DNA of 64,000 nt from Deltaproteobacteria bacterium. Lineage in GTDB: Bacteria > Desulfobacterota > Syntrophobacteria > BM002. The stretch spans positions 5,178 through 69,177 of the forward strand of contig JAFDGZ010000004.1 in the NCBI GenBank assembly GCA_019309045.1. The letters are read 5' to 3'. The notes beneath the pieces were generated by a model. It was not told the DNA's origin and did no database searches. It was given only the letters and a program-made list of their open reading frames with translations. Numbering within the stretch: position 1 is the stretch's first letter; the number at the start of each line of letters is the position of its first letter. Positions 28,260-38,799 of the stretch are shown here, piece by piece. The position numbers and the translations under genes were made by a program.

Positions 28260-29216
28260 ATGAGTGAATACCGGCGGCTGCGAATCGGCACCAGGGGCAG
28301 CGTACTCGCTCTGTGGCAGGCAAACTGGGTAAAGGCAGAACTGCTCGCTGCCCATGACGGCCTCACAGTAGATCTCGTTGCCATTAAGACCAAAGGTGAC
28401 AAGATAGTTGACGTTCCTCTGGCTCGGGTGGGCGGCAAGGGATTGTTTGTCAAAGAGATCGAAGAAGCTCTGCTGGACGGCAGGATTGATCTGGCTGTCC
28501 ACAGTGTCAAAGACATGCCGGCCGAATTGCCCCCCGGATTGCATCTGGCCGCTACTCCGACGAGAGACGACTGCCGTGACGCTCTTCTTTGCAAGAAAGG
28601 ATCTTGCCTGGCGGATCTGCCGCCCGGAGCTGTGGTGGGAACGAGCAGTCTACGACGAGCTGCCCAGCTATTGCACCAGCGGCCTGATTTCCATATCCAA
28701 ACCTTGAGGGGTAATGTGGACACCAGGCTGCGGAAGCTCGAAACAGAGGGATACGACGCCATTATTCTGGCAGCAGCTGGACTCCACCGCCTCGGTCTGC
28801 AAAGGGTCATTACGGAATACCTCGGGCCAGAGACAATGCTGCCGGCTGTGGGGCAGGGAGCCCTGGGCATCGAGACGAGGATAGATGATGCTGCCACCAA
28901 TGATATGGTGCAAGCGCTGGTCCACCAGCCAACCATGGCGGCGGTGAAAGCAGAACGCTCCTTTCTGCACAGACTGCAGGGGGGCTGCCAGGTGCCTATC
29001 GGCGCCCTGGCTTTGCTGGAGAACGGCAGGCTGGCACTTACTGGGATGGTTGCCGACTTGCAGGGTCGCCGTCTCATCCGCAGGAAACTGCAGGGTGAGG
29101 TTGCCGAAGCAGAACTCCTGGGAGCACAACTGGCAACAGAGATACTTGCTGGCGGAGGAGAAGAAATCCTTAAAGAGATATACGGTCAGGAGCAGAATTG
29201 CTCTGGAGCAAATTGA
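28260..29216 (+). CDS. hemC: Hydroxymethylbilane synthase (porphobilinogen deaminase)
   Basis: RIGTRGSVLALWQANWV, the K(T)KGDK motif, and GLFVKEIEEALLDGRIDLAVHSVKDMP are present. The start was set at MSEYRRLRIG. Confidence 0.9.
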   Translation: MSEYRRLRIGTRGSVLALWQANWVKAELLAAHDGLTVDLVAIKTKGDKIVDVPLARVGGKGLFVKEIEEALLDGRIDLAVHSVKDMPAELPPGLHLAATPTRDDCRDALLCKKGSCLADLPPGAVVGTSSLRRAAQLLHQRPDFHIQTLRGNVDTRLRKLETEGYDAIILAAAGLHRLGLQRVITEYLGPETMLPAVGQGALGIETRIDDAATNDMVQALVHQPTMAAVKAERSFLHRLQGGCQVPIGALALLENGRLALTGMVADLQGRRLIRRKLQGEVAEAELLGAQLATEILAGGGEEILKEIYGQEQNCSGAN

Positions 29217-29247
29217 GGACGACTGCAACGTTTTTGTGGACGCTTAG

Positions 29248-30813
29248 ATGAGGTTGTTCGGGTCCACACAGAGGAGTGCAAGAATCTTGAGTGTGCAGAA
29301 AGGCAAAGTCTATCTTGTGGGGGCCGGACCCGGCGATCCGGCCCTTATTACTTTAAAAGGTGTGGAGTGTCTGCGACAGGCTCAGTGCATTATTTACGAT
29401 TACCTGGCCAGCAAGGAGCTCCTGGAACACGCTGCCGATAATGCAGAAATAATTTATGTAGGCAAGCAGGCAGGGAGCCATGCCATGAGTCAGGAGGATA
29501 TCAATGCTCTGCTCATTGACAGGGGGCGCCATCAGGTAGTGGTGCGACTCAAGGGCGGCGATCCTTTTATGTTTGGCCGTGGAGGAGAGGAGGCCCAGGC
29601 GTTGGCTCGGGCAGGCATCAGCTTCGAAGTGGTCCCGGGGGTGACTTCTGCCATAGCGGTGCCTGCATATGCAGGCATTCCTCTGACCCATCGCCGGCAC
29701 AGTTCGTCAGTAGCCTTTGTTACCGGCCATGAAATGGCTGGCAAGGAGGATTCTGACATTCACTGGCCTGAACTCGCTACTGGTGTAGGGACTCTGGTGT
29801 TCCTCATGGGAGTGAAAAACCTGGAACATATTGCAGCCAGATTGCTGGCTGGCGGCAGAGAGCCCGGCACCCCCGTTGCGGTCATACGCTGGGGCAGCAC
29901 CGGTAAGCAGCAGACAGTCACCGGGTCCCTGGCTGACATCAGCGAGATTGCCTCTGCCAGTGGCATAAGACCGCCAGCCATCATTGTGGTGGGCGAGGTG
30001 GTGCAGCTGCGCTCTGAGTTGAACTGGTTCGAACAGCGCCCCCTGTATGGCAGGACCCTGGTGATCACCCGGGCGAGAGAGCAGGCAAGCGAATTCAAGA
30101 GACTGCTCGAGAACCTCGGGGCTCAGTGTGTGGAGTTTCCTACAATCAAGGTGGTGCCGCCTGACACTTGGGCGCCAGTCGATGAAGCAATCAAGGCGTT
30201 GCCACAACATCACTGGGTGTTGTTTACCAGTGTGAACGGGGTGGGCTATTTTTTTGAACGGCTCAGCCAACTGGGCGAGGATGTTCGGGCCCTTTACAGA
30301 AGAAAAATCGGGGCCATTGGTCCGAAAACAGCGGCAGCACTCAGTTCGCGAGGCCTTAGACTCGATCTGGTACCTGCAGAGTATCGCGCTGAGGCAGTGG
30401 TCGAAGAGCTGGGAGAAGAAGAGATTCGTGGGCGAAGGTTCCTCTTGCCTCGTGCTGCCAGAGCTCGAGAGGTCTTGCCTGAAAGGTTGCGGCAGCTGGG
30501 GGGCCAGGTAACGGTGGTGCCGGTGTATCAAACGATTCGTCCCGGACAGCAGGTGGCTGAAGTTCGCCAACTGCTCAGAGAGGGAACTGTTGACTGCCTT
30601 ACTTTTACCAGCTCTTCCACGGTGGAGAACTTTGCGGCCATGTTCCCAGGGGAGAACATGGCCGCCCTTGTCGGGGAGACGATGGTGGCCTGTATCGGCC
30701 CTATTACCGCTGAAACAGCAAGAAAACATGGCCTACAGGCAGGCGTCGTTCCTGATGACTACACTATTGAAGGACTTGCTGGCGCCATAGTCGACTATTT
30801 CAGCAAGAGCTGA
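29248..30813 (+). CDS. cobA-hemD: Bifunctional uroporphyrinogen-III C-methyltransferase / uroporphyrinogen-III synthase (CobA/HemD fusion)
   Basis: The N-terminal SAM-MTase is VYLVGAGPGDPALITLKG...GGDPFMFGRGGEE. The C-terminal HemD domain starts at about aa 255 (RTLVITRAREQASEF...). Confidence 0.85.
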   Translation: MRLFGSTQRSARILSVQKGKVYLVGAGPGDPALITLKGVECLRQAQCIIYDYLASKELLEHAADNAEIIYVGKQAGSHAMSQEDINALLIDRGRHQVVVRLKGGDPFMFGRGGEEAQALARAGISFEVVPGVTSAIAVPAYAGIPLTHRRHSSSVAFVTGHEMAGKEDSDIHWPELATGVGTLVFLMGVKNLEHIAARLLAGGREPGTPVAVIRWGSTGKQQTVTGSLADISEIASASGIRPPAIIVVGEVVQLRSELNWFEQRPLYGRTLVITRAREQASEFKRLLENLGAQCVEFPTIKVVPPDTWAPVDEAIKALPQHHWVLFTSVNGVGYFFERLSQLGEDVRALYRRKIGAIGPKTAAALSSRGLRLDLVPAEYRAEAVVEELGEEEIRGRRFLLPRAARAREVLPERLRQLGGQVTVVPVYQTIRPGQQVAEVRQLLREGTVDCLTFTSSSTVENFAAMFPGENMAALVGETMVACIGPITAETARKHGLQAGVVPDDYTIEGLAGAIVDYFSKS

Positions 30814-30888
30814 AGGGGCTGTTTCATGAATTGTCCTGCTGAAGTCATATGGTTTTCGGGCTGCTACGGGACTAGCTGACTCGGGTCT

Positions 30889-33021
30889 ATGCGAATTGAC
30901 TACGAACGACAATTGAACCCAGCCCAATATGCGGCGGTAACTGCGCCGGACGGCCCGGTGCTGATCGTGGCCGGCGCTGGCAGCGGCAAGACCAGAACCC
31001 TCATTTATCGGGTGGCCTGGCTGGTTGACCAGGGCGTAGATCCATCTACCATTCTGCTGTTGACCTTCACCCGCAGAGCTGCGGATGAAATGCTCAGCAG
31101 AGCTGCAGCCATCCTGGACGACCGCTGTCGCCAGGTAAGGGGCGGTACTTTTCACTCCGTGGCCAACCATATTCTGCATCGTTACTGTGGGAGATTTTCA
31201 TACTCTGCCGACTTCACCATTCTCGACCGGGGTGATGCCGAGGATGTGGTCAGTTTTCTCATGGGTAAGATGGATCTGCGGGACCGCTCCCTGCGCTTTC
31301 CCAAGAAGCGCACGGTGGTGGACATCTTCAGCAAAGCAGTGAACAGAGATCAATCCCTGGAGGAACTCCTGGAGCGCGACTACGGCCAGTTCCTCCATCA
31401 CAGAGACAGACTGACAGCGCTGCAGAACGCTTATGAAACTTACAAGCGACAGAATCAGGTGATGGATTTCGACGACCTTCTGGTCTATCTGCGGAAGCTT
31501 CTCCGGGAACACCCGGATGTCTGTCAGGAGCTTTCCCGGCAATATCTCTACATACTGGTGGACGAGTACCAGGATACCAACCGGCTCCAGGCAGATATTG
31601 TCAAAGATCTGGCCAGAGTCCATGGCAACATCATGGTGGTGGGCGACGACAGCCAGGCGATCTATGCTTTCCGAGGAGCAGACTACGGCAACATCCTCGA
31701 ATTCCCCAGGGTGTATCCCGGGGCGAGAATTTACAAGCTCGAACAGAACTACCGCAGCAGCCAGCCCATTCTGGATGTGGCCAATACGGTAATTCAATGG
31801 GCTAAAGAGAAATATACCAAGTGTCTTTTCACTGTGCGGCAAGAAGGAGTCGATCCTGTACTGGCGCGGCCCCTTGATGAGGGGGCGCAATCAACATATG
31901 TCTGTGAGAAAATAGTCCAGTTGCAGCAGCGTGGCGTACCTCTGCGGCAAATGGCGGTTTTGTTCAGGGCGAGCTATCATTCCTTTGACCTGGAAGTGGA
32001 GCTCGGGCGGCTCGGCATCCCTTTTGTGAAATATGGCGGCTTCAAGTTTATCGAATCAGCTCATGTAAAGGACCTGCTGGCGCACCTCAAGGTCCTGATC
32101 AATCCCCTGGATAGTATGAGCTGGACTCGCCTGCTCCAGCTTGTTGACCAGGTGGGAGCCAAGCGAAGCCAGGAAATACTGGCGGCTATGGGCAGAGCTG
32201 ATTCCAGCTGGGATGCTCTGGCAGACTTTGCTCGCAGACTACCAGCCCATCATGGTTTGCACCGACTCGTTGATCTTTACCGACAACTCAATCAACCCGG
32301 GCTGACTGTAAGCCAGCAAGTGCGGCTGGTGCGGGACTACTATCAACCCATGCTGGTGGCCCGCTACGACAACTATCCAAAGCGTTTGCAGGAACTGGAC
32401 TACTTGCAAGACTGGACCACAAAATACCAGCGCTTGTCAGACTTCCTGGCTGATGTGACCCTGGAGCCGCTCACTGCTGCTGTGCTGGAAAACTCCCCAG
32501 AGCAAAGCGAGGACCGCTTGGTGCTTTCCACCATTCATTCGGCCAAGGGACTGGAATGGCAGGCGGTCTTCGTCATTTCGGTGGTGGAAGGCAGGCTGCC
32601 ACCATACCAGGCATACAGCGATGAAAGAGCGTTGGAGGAAGAGAGAAGGCTGCTCTATGTGGCGGTCACCCGCGCCAAGGATCACCTCTGTCTATGTGCT
32701 CCCCAGCAGGTCTATGACCGGGCTACCGGAAAGAGAATCGCCAGGCTGTCTCCATTTCTGAATCATCTGCCTGCATCTGTTCGGCTGGAGACGGCCCCTG
32801 GTTCCGAAAGCCGTCTCGAGTCCTGGCGGGGTGAGAGCCTGGCAGACGGCAACGAGTTCGCCCCGGGCGACGCAGTGCGTCATCCCTATTTCGGCAGAGG
32901 ACGAGTGCTGGCATCGCTGGAGAGATCCAAGGTGCGAGTCCGCTTTGAAGACGGCCGCACCAGGCTGCTGCATCTGCAATATGCACCTCTGCAGCGCTTG
33001 CTTCCCCAGCCAGGGGACTAG
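30889..33021 (+). CDS. uvrD: ATP-dependent DNA helicase, UvrD/PcrA/Rep family
   Basis: Helicase motifs AGAGSGKTRTL, LLTFTRRAADEM, VDEYQDTN and GDDSQAIYAFRGA, plus a Tudor-like C-terminal domain. Confidence 0.9.
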   Translation: MRIDYERQLNPAQYAAVTAPDGPVLIVAGAGSGKTRTLIYRVAWLVDQGVDPSTILLLTFTRRAADEMLSRAAAILDDRCRQVRGGTFHSVANHILHRYCGRFSYSADFTILDRGDAEDVVSFLMGKMDLRDRSLRFPKKRTVVDIFSKAVNRDQSLEELLERDYGQFLHHRDRLTALQNAYETYKRQNQVMDFDDLLVYLRKLLREHPDVCQELSRQYLYILVDEYQDTNRLQADIVKDLARVHGNIMVVGDDSQAIYAFRGADYGNILEFPRVYPGARIYKLEQNYRSSQPILDVANTVIQWAKEKYTKCLFTVRQEGVDPVLARPLDEGAQSTYVCEKIVQLQQRGVPLRQMAVLFRASYHSFDLEVELGRLGIPFVKYGGFKFIESAHVKDLLAHLKVLINPLDSMSWTRLLQLVDQVGAKRSQEILAAMGRADSSWDALADFARRLPAHHGLHRLVDLYRQLNQPGLTVSQQVRLVRDYYQPMLVARYDNYPKRLQELDYLQDWTTKYQRLSDFLADVTLEPLTAAVLENSPEQSEDRLVLSTIHSAKGLEWQAVFVISVVEGRLPPYQAYSDERALEEERRLLYVAVTRAKDHLCLCAPQQVYDRATGKRIARLSPFLNHLPASVRLETAPGSESRLESWRGESLADGNEFAPGDAVRHPYFGRGRVLASLERSKVRVRFEDGRTRLLHLQYAPLQRLLPQPGD

Positions 33022-33085
33022 AGCTGGTGGCTTGTCCCGGGTAGAGTAAGGGCGTGCCCCTTGCAACCGAAGAGGCAATAGCTTC

Positions 33086-34390
33086 ATGGGCCAGACTACC
33101 TACCAGAAGAATCTTTCCTACCTTTACGATTTGCAGAAGTACGGCATCAAATTTGGCCTGTCGAGCACCAGGAATCTGCTGCACCGCCTGGGAAACCCCC
33201 ACGAACAGTTGAAAGTCATCCACATTGCCGGCACCAATGGCAAGGGCTCCACAGCAGCGATGATATCAGCGGTTCTCCACCAGGCCGGCTACCGAGTTGG
33301 TCTCTACACCTCACCACACCTGGTTCGCTTCAATGAGCGCTTTCGCCTGAATGAAAAAGATGTGACCGACCAGGAGATAATGAGCTGTTTTCAGCGGGTG
33401 CGCGCTGTTGTTGATGATCAGGAGCCTCCCACTTTTTTCGAAATGACCACGGCAATGGCGCTCAGCCTTTTTGCCGAAAAGGGTGTGGACTGGGCCATCC
33501 TGGAGGTGGGGATGGGCGGCAGACTCGACGCTACCAATGTGCTGCGCCCCCAGGTTGCGGTCATAACCAATGTGTCCCTGGAGCACCAGGAATTTCTCGG
33601 CAGCAGCCTGACTGAAATTGCCAGAGAAAAAGCAGGGATCATCAAGGAAGGGGTGCCGTTGGTTACTGCTGCCAGGCAGCCAGCGGTGCTGGCCGTGATC
33701 GAGCAGAAATGCCAGGAGGCAGAGGCGGCTTGTTACCGGATCGGCCGCCACATCAGGGTCAGGTCGCTGCCTAGAGGCGGCTTTTCCTACCGGGGCCTCC
33801 GCTGGCGGTTGAAGCCGCTCCACATACCGCTGGCAGGGAGACATCAGATGGTGAATGCGGCCACAGCCCTGGGAGCCCTCGAAGTCCTGCAAGAACAGGG
33901 CAAGGTAGAGCTGGCGCCCGGAGACATCATGCAGGGATTGGCGAAGGTCCGCTGGCCCGGAAGGCTGGAGTGGCTCAGTCGTCAACCGCAGGTGCTGTTG
34001 GACGGCGCCCACAACCCTGCAGGCATGTCTTGCCTCAGTCGCAGCCTGAGAGAACAGTTTCGCTACCGCAGGCTCATTGTAGTGCTCGGGGTTATGGAGG
34101 ACAAGGATGTCTCTGCCATGCTCCGCTATATTGCACCGCTGGCTGCCCACCTGATTGTGACCAAACCTCGCTATGAAAGAGGCGCCCGGCCAGAGGCGAT
34201 CCTGGCGGCTGCCAGGAAGTTCGCCGGGCGGCTGGAGGTGGTGCAGGAAGCAGCGCCAGCTCTGGCGAGGGCTGCCGAGCTGGCCGACCAGGAAGACCTC
34301 GTACTGGTAACCGGCTCTCTTTATTTTCTGGGAGAGGTGAAGGAAATCAACGAGCGTCGGAGCTTCACAGGCAATGAGGACCAGACCTAG
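33086..34390 (+). CDS. folC: Bifunctional folylpolyglutamate synthase / dihydrofolate synthase (Mur ligase family)
   Basis: The P-loop is IHIAGTNGKGST. Mur ligase middle and C-terminal domains are present. Confidence 0.9.
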   Translation: MGQTTYQKNLSYLYDLQKYGIKFGLSSTRNLLHRLGNPHEQLKVIHIAGTNGKGSTAAMISAVLHQAGYRVGLYTSPHLVRFNERFRLNEKDVTDQEIMSCFQRVRAVVDDQEPPTFFEMTTAMALSLFAEKGVDWAILEVGMGGRLDATNVLRPQVAVITNVSLEHQEFLGSSLTEIAREKAGIIKEGVPLVTAARQPAVLAVIEQKCQEAEAACYRIGRHIRVRSLPRGGFSYRGLRWRLKPLHIPLAGRHQMVNAATALGALEVLQEQGKVELAPGDIMQGLAKVRWPGRLEWLSRQPQVLLDGAHNPAGMSCLSRSLREQFRYRRLIVVLGVMEDKDVSAMLRYIAPLAAHLIVTKPRYERGARPEAILAAARKFAGRLEVVQEAAPALARAAELADQEDLVLVTGSLYFLGEVKEINERRSFTGNEDQT

Positions 34391-36632
34391 TTGGATTGCG
34401 CTCCTGTTGTTCTCTATGCTGGCGATGCTGGCCAGGGGTGAGCTGGAGGTGCGGGCGGCAGGCAAAGACGGCGCCGCGCAGCAGGGCAGCATTGTACCCT
34501 GGCATCTGCAGGCGGCCAAGCTCAGCTATGACAGTCGCAGCGAGGTTTATACCGCCGAGGGTTCTGTACGCCTCACTTCGGGGGACTGGCTGATCAGCGC
34601 TGACCGCATCCGGTTGGACAGCCGCAACATGGAGGCTGTACTGGAAGGAAACGTCCGGCTGCAGCAGGGAGACAACTGGTTGGAGGGGGAGCGGGCCATT
34701 ATCCATCTCGACAGTGAGACCGGCAGCATCGAAGAGGCCAGGGGATTTGCCGCCAGGAACCACTTTTACTTCAGCGGCCATCTCATTGAGAAAGTTGGAG
34801 ACAAGAAGTACCATCTCGAAAAGGCCACCCTTACCTCTTGTGATGGAGATCACCCGAGCTGGCGTTTTCGAGGTCGAGACGTATTCGTCCAGACTGACGG
34901 CTCCAGTACGGCCAAGCATGTGCGCTTCTATATCGGCAAAGTGCCGGTTTTCTATACCCCCTATGTATCCTATCCTGCAGGCAAAGACAGGCAAACAGGA
35001 CTGCTGCCGCCCAGACTGGCCGACTCGAGCCTTTTAGGAAAAGAGTTTGATCTCCCCTTTTTCTGGGCAATCAGTGACAGTGCTGACGCCACTTACTATG
35101 CTCACTATATGAGCAAACGGGGATTGATGTCAGGGGGCGAGTTTCGCTATGTGCGAAGCGCCCGGAGCCAGGGAATTATGCGCTTCGACTACCTGAACGA
35201 TCAGGAGAAGCCGAAAAATTTGCGCAACAAAGGGTTCAGAGAAGTGGCACCAGGTTTGGACGGCAACTATCGCCGCCGCTGGTGGTGGAGATCGAAGCAG
35301 GACGCCTCCCTGCCCTGGGGTATAAACGGTAAAATGGATCTAGACTTTGCCAGTGATGTGGATTATCTGAGGGAATTCAAGACAGGCTTCAGTAGTTACA
35401 AAGTATCCAGCAAGATCTTCGAAGATACCTTTCACCGAGACATTGTCAGCGACAAGAATTCCATTATCAGGGAGTCCTTCCTGTTAATGAACAAGACCTG
35501 GACCTCTGCTGCCCTGAACGGTCAACTCAATTACAATCAAAACCTCAACGACAATGAAGACAAATACACCCTGCAGCAATTCCCCTTGCTCACCTTTCAA
35601 GCAGACCGTCAGCACCTGTTCAGCACTCCCCTGTTTTATCAGGCCGAGGCCAGTTATGTGAACTACTGGCGGCAGAAGGGCACTCGCGGCCATCGCTTCG
35701 ATCTGGCGCCGCGGCTTTCCTGGCCGCTCTACTGGGAGAGATACCTGGAAGTGGAGCCGTCTGTTTCCTGGCAAGAGACCATCTATCTGATAGACCGTTT
35801 TGACGAATCTGAGGACAGCAAGGTGACCGAGAGCACCCTGCAGAGTCGGCAGCTGGTCAACGCCCGCCTGAAAACTTCGACTGACATCAGCCGGGTCTTC
35901 GATACTGGGCTGCTCGGCTGGTCGAAACTGCGTCATACTTTCAGACCAGAAATAGTCTACGACTATATACCTCCAGTGAATCAAAAAGATCTGCCCCTCT
36001 TTGATGCCACTGACCGGATTAGCAAAAGAAATAGGCTCACTTACAGCGTGACCAACTTTTTTGTGGCGCGGATGCCTGGCAAGAAGCCGGGAGAAACGGT
36101 GTTCAAGGACGTGGGCAGGCTGAAACTGGCCCAGTCCTATAGTTTCGTCAGGCCGCAGAAGGGAGTAGTTCCCGAAGTCAGAGAAAGAAGGAGGCTGTCT
36201 AATCTGTTTGCCCAGTTGGATCTCACCCCGGGAGGCTATCTGGAGAATCTCACCTACATAGGCGAATGGTCTCCCCATGACGGCGACTTCAAACGCCATG
36301 AACTGCTCAGCACTCTTGCCGATGAGAGAGGCGACAAGCTGGAGGTGAACTACCGGCGGATACTCGACAAGGACGGCCATGTATTCGTCCACCAGATTTA
36401 CGGCAAGATGCTTGTGCAGCTCTGGGACGGCCTCTCTTTCAGCATTGCCAGCAACTACTCTTTCGACCGCAAGGAGAACCTGCAGACCGAATACCTGGTA
36501 CGCTTGCAGCGGCAGTGCTGGGGCATCTCCCTGGGGTATGTGGATGAGCCCAACAATTCCAGGGTATTGCTGGGATTCAGCCTGGGAGGTATCGGTGAAT
36601 TGCACACCCCCGCCATTGGCCTGGGTGATTGA
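34374..36632 (+). CDS. lptD: LPS-assembly outer membrane protein LptD (OstA family)
   Basis: Signal peptide, an N-terminal OstA-like beta-jellyroll, and a large C-terminal beta-barrel, 752 aa in all. The start overlaps the folC end. Confidence 0.75.
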   Translation: MRTRPSWIALLLFSMLAMLARGELEVRAAGKDGAAQQGSIVPWHLQAAKLSYDSRSEVYTAEGSVRLTSGDWLISADRIRLDSRNMEAVLEGNVRLQQGDNWLEGERAIIHLDSETGSIEEARGFAARNHFYFSGHLIEKVGDKKYHLEKATLTSCDGDHPSWRFRGRDVFVQTDGSSTAKHVRFYIGKVPVFYTPYVSYPAGKDRQTGLLPPRLADSSLLGKEFDLPFFWAISDSADATYYAHYMSKRGLMSGGEFRYVRSARSQGIMRFDYLNDQEKPKNLRNKGFREVAPGLDGNYRRRWWWRSKQDASLPWGINGKMDLDFASDVDYLREFKTGFSSYKVSSKIFEDTFHRDIVSDKNSIIRESFLLMNKTWTSAALNGQLNYNQNLNDNEDKYTLQQFPLLTFQADRQHLFSTPLFYQAEASYVNYWRQKGTRGHRFDLAPRLSWPLYWERYLEVEPSVSWQETIYLIDRFDESEDSKVTESTLQSRQLVNARLKTSTDISRVFDTGLLGWSKLRHTFRPEIVYDYIPPVNQKDLPLFDATDRISKRNRLTYSVTNFFVARMPGKKPGETVFKDVGRLKLAQSYSFVRPQKGVVPEVRERRRLSNLFAQLDLTPGGYLENLTYIGEWSPHDGDFKRHELLSTLADERGDKLEVNYRRILDKDGHVFVHQIYGKMLVQLWDGLSFSIASNYSFDRKENLQTEYLVRLQRQCWGISLGYVDEPNNSRVLLGFSLGGIGELHTPAIGLGD

Positions 36633-36676
36633 TATGAAGGTTTATGAGAAAAGATGCATTTTATTGCTGCTTTTTC

Positions 36677-36706
36677 TTGACAAGCGGGAGCACTTGCTAG
36701 TATAAG
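36677..36706 (+). promoter_or_regulatory. Sigma-70 promoter for rplM-rpsI: TTGACA -18- TATAAG, with an AT-rich upstream tract
   Basis: Consensus -35 TTGACA at 36677-36682, TATAAG at 36701-36706, and the rplM start codon 35 nt downstream. Confidence 0.5.
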
Positions 36707-36740
36707 AACTGATTCTAAACCAGTACCTGGGAGAAAGCTA

Positions 36741-37175
36741 ATGAAAACGGTCAGTGCCAAGACCATCCCGGAGAACCGAGTCTGGTATGTGGTGGACGCT
36801 AGTGATCGAGTACTGGGTCGCCTGGCAAGCCAATTGGCCTCGAGATTGAGAGGCAAGCACCAGCCCATGTACACCCCACATGCAGACACAGGTGATTTTA
36901 TTGTGGTGGTGAATGCCGACAAGATTAGATTGACCGGGAGAAAGTGGGACAAGAAGGTCTATTACAGACATTCAGGCTACATAGGGGGGTTGAAGTCCAT
37001 TACTGCCAAGAAGCTCCTGGAGAAGCGGCCCGAGGATCTGATTCGCTTTGCAGTGTGGGGCATGCTGCCGAAGAACCGACTCGGCCGCAAGCTCTACAAG
37101 AAGCTGAAGGTGTATGCTGGTCCGGAGCATCCTCATGAAGCTCAACAGCCGCGGCCACTGGAGCTACCTTATTGA
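36741..37175 (+). CDS. rplM: 50S ribosomal protein L13
   Basis: Full-length and collinear with bacterial L13 ([20 protein letters not shown]...). Confidence 0.95.
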   Translation: MKTVSAKTIPENRVWYVVDASDRVLGRLASQLASRLRGKHQPMYTPHADTGDFIVVVNADKIRLTGRKWDKKVYYRHSGYIGGLKSITAKKLLEKRPEDLIRFAVWGMLPKNRLGRKLYKKLKVYAGPEHPHEAQQPRPLELPY

Positions 37176-37199
37176 TCTGCAGTGCTACGGAGAAATTTC

Positions 37200-37592
37200 A
37201 TGGCTGAGGAACGCTATTACGCTACAGGAAAGAGAAAGAGTGCCATTGCCCGCGTGTGGATGTGGCCAGGCGAAGGGAATATAACCATCAACAAGCGGCC
37301 CATAGATGAGTACATCAAGAGAGAAACTGCAAAGATGGTCGTGCGTCAGCCCCTGGAACTCACCGGCACGCTCGGAAAGTTTGATCTTTATGTGAATGTC
37401 AGGGGCGGCGGGATTTCAGGGCAGGCCGGCGCCATCAAACACGGCATCAGCAAGGCTTTGCTGGAGGTGAACCCCGAGTTTCGCAAGGTACTCAAAAAGG
37501 CGGGCTTCCTTACCCGAGACTCCAGGGTGAAAGAGCGCAAGAAGTACGGACAACCCGGGGCGCGGGCAAGATTTCAATATTCTAAACGATAA
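37200..37592 (+). CDS. rpsI: 30S ribosomal protein S9
   Basis: Starts [15 protein letters not shown] and ends ARFQYSKR, both typical of S9. Confidence 0.95.
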   Translation: MAEERYYATGKRKSAIARVWMWPGEGNITINKRPIDEYIKRETAKMVVRQPLELTGTLGKFDLYVNVRGGGISGQAGAIKHGISKALLEVNPEFRKVLKKAGFLTRDSRVKERKKYGQPGARARFQYSKR

Positions 37593-37614
37593 AGCATCAC
37601 TACAAGGGCAGCGG

Positions 37615-37643
37615 AGAGGAGGGTTTCAGGCCCTCCTTTTTTT
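37615..37643 (+). terminator. Rho-independent terminator after rpsI (AGGAGGG-tttcagg-CCCTCCT followed by T7)
   Basis: A 7-bp GC stem, a 7-nt loop and TTTTTTT immediately after it, 25 nt past the rpsI stop. Confidence 0.65.
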
Positions 37644-37758
37644 GTGGCGGGATCTATTGCTGAGGTTCTTCAGCCCCTGGCTGCGGCTGCTCCTGTTACA
37701 CCTGCAAAAGCGCCTTCAGGCGTGCCAGGAAAAACAGGAGTGCCAGAAAGGTGACATA

Positions 37759-38799
37759 ATGCAACTACGGGTGGCAGTGGTTGGCAGTACAGGTTATACG
37801 GGCTTTGAACTGGTCTCACTGCTGCAGCAGCATCCTCAGGTGCAGCTTGTGGCGTTGACATCTCAAAGTTATGCTGGCAAGCCCATAGCCACGGTGTTTC
37901 CTGCATTGCAGGGTGTATGTTCTCTGGTGTGTGAACCTCTGGATGTGGAGACCCTGGCGCAGAAGGCTGATTTTGTTTTTGTGGCGCTTCCCCACAAAAA
38001 GGCCATGGAAGTGGTGGCTCCTCTGGTTTCTGCGGGCAAGCGGGTGGTAGACTTGAGTGCTGATTTCCGTTTTCGCCGTGCCTCTACATATGAACAGTGG
38101 TATCAAGAACATACAGCCAGGGAGCTGTTGGCAGAGGCTGTTTATGGCCTTCCAGAACTGCACGGCAAGACTATTCGTACTGCGAGGATTGTAGGCAATC
38201 CTGGCTGTTATCCCACCGGGGTGATCCTGGCGGCAGCGCCACTGGTGGCTCACGGATTCATAGCACTCGACAGCATAATTGCTGATTGTAAATCAGGAGT
38301 AAGTGGGGCGGGGCGGGCCGCCACCCTGACAACTCATTACTGCGAGGCCAATGAAGGATTCAAGGCGTACAAGGTGGGAGAGCACCGCCACACTCCTGAG
38401 ATAGAACAGGAATTGAGCGCTGTTGCAGGAGAGGAACTGCGGGTAGTCTTCACGCCGCACCTGGTGCCCATGTCCAGGGGTATTCTTTCTACGGTGTACG
38501 GCAGGTTGACTGCCGAGGTGACAGAGGCGGAGGTCCGGCAAGCCTTTGAGCAGGCATACGGCCGTGCCAGGTTCGTCAGGATAATGGAAGGAGGCCAGCT
38601 CCCTGCAACTCTCCAGGTACGGGGCACCAATTTTTGTGACATCGGCTGGCGTCTGGACCGTCGCACCGGACGCATCATCGTCATCAGTGCAATCGACAAT
38701 CTCACCAGGGGAGCTTCAGGCCAGGCAGTATGCAATATGAATCTCATGTGTGGCTTCCCAGAAGACAGCGGCCTTGACTTGCGAGTGTGGCAGCCGTGA
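37759..38799 (+). CDS. argC: N-acetyl-gamma-glutamyl-phosphate reductase
   Basis: Rossmann start VAVVGSTGYTGFELV and the active-site Cys motif GNPGCYPTG. Confidence 0.9.
   Translation: MQLRVAVVGSTGYTGFELVSLLQQHPQVQLVALTSQSYAGKPIATVFPALQGVCSLVCEPLDVETLAQKADFVFVALPHKKAMEVVAPLVSAGKRVVDLSADFRFRRASTYEQWYQEHTARELLAEAVYGLPELHGKTIRTARIVGNPGCYPTGVILAAAPLVAHGFIALDSIIADCKSGVSGAGRAATLTTHYCEANEGFKAYKVGEHRHTPEIEQELSAVAGEELRVVFTPHLVPMSRGILSTVYGRLTAEVTEAEVRQAFEQAYGRARFVRIMEGGQLPATLQVRGTNFCDIGWRLDRRTGRIIVISAIDNLTRGASGQAVCNMNLMCGFPEDSGLDLRVWQP

Noticed and set aside
28001-28260. Possible selenocysteine read-through of the FmdB TGA stop
   Set aside because: The extension would add only six residues before the next stop, and there is no SECIS-like hairpin. 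An ordinary stop is more parsimonious.
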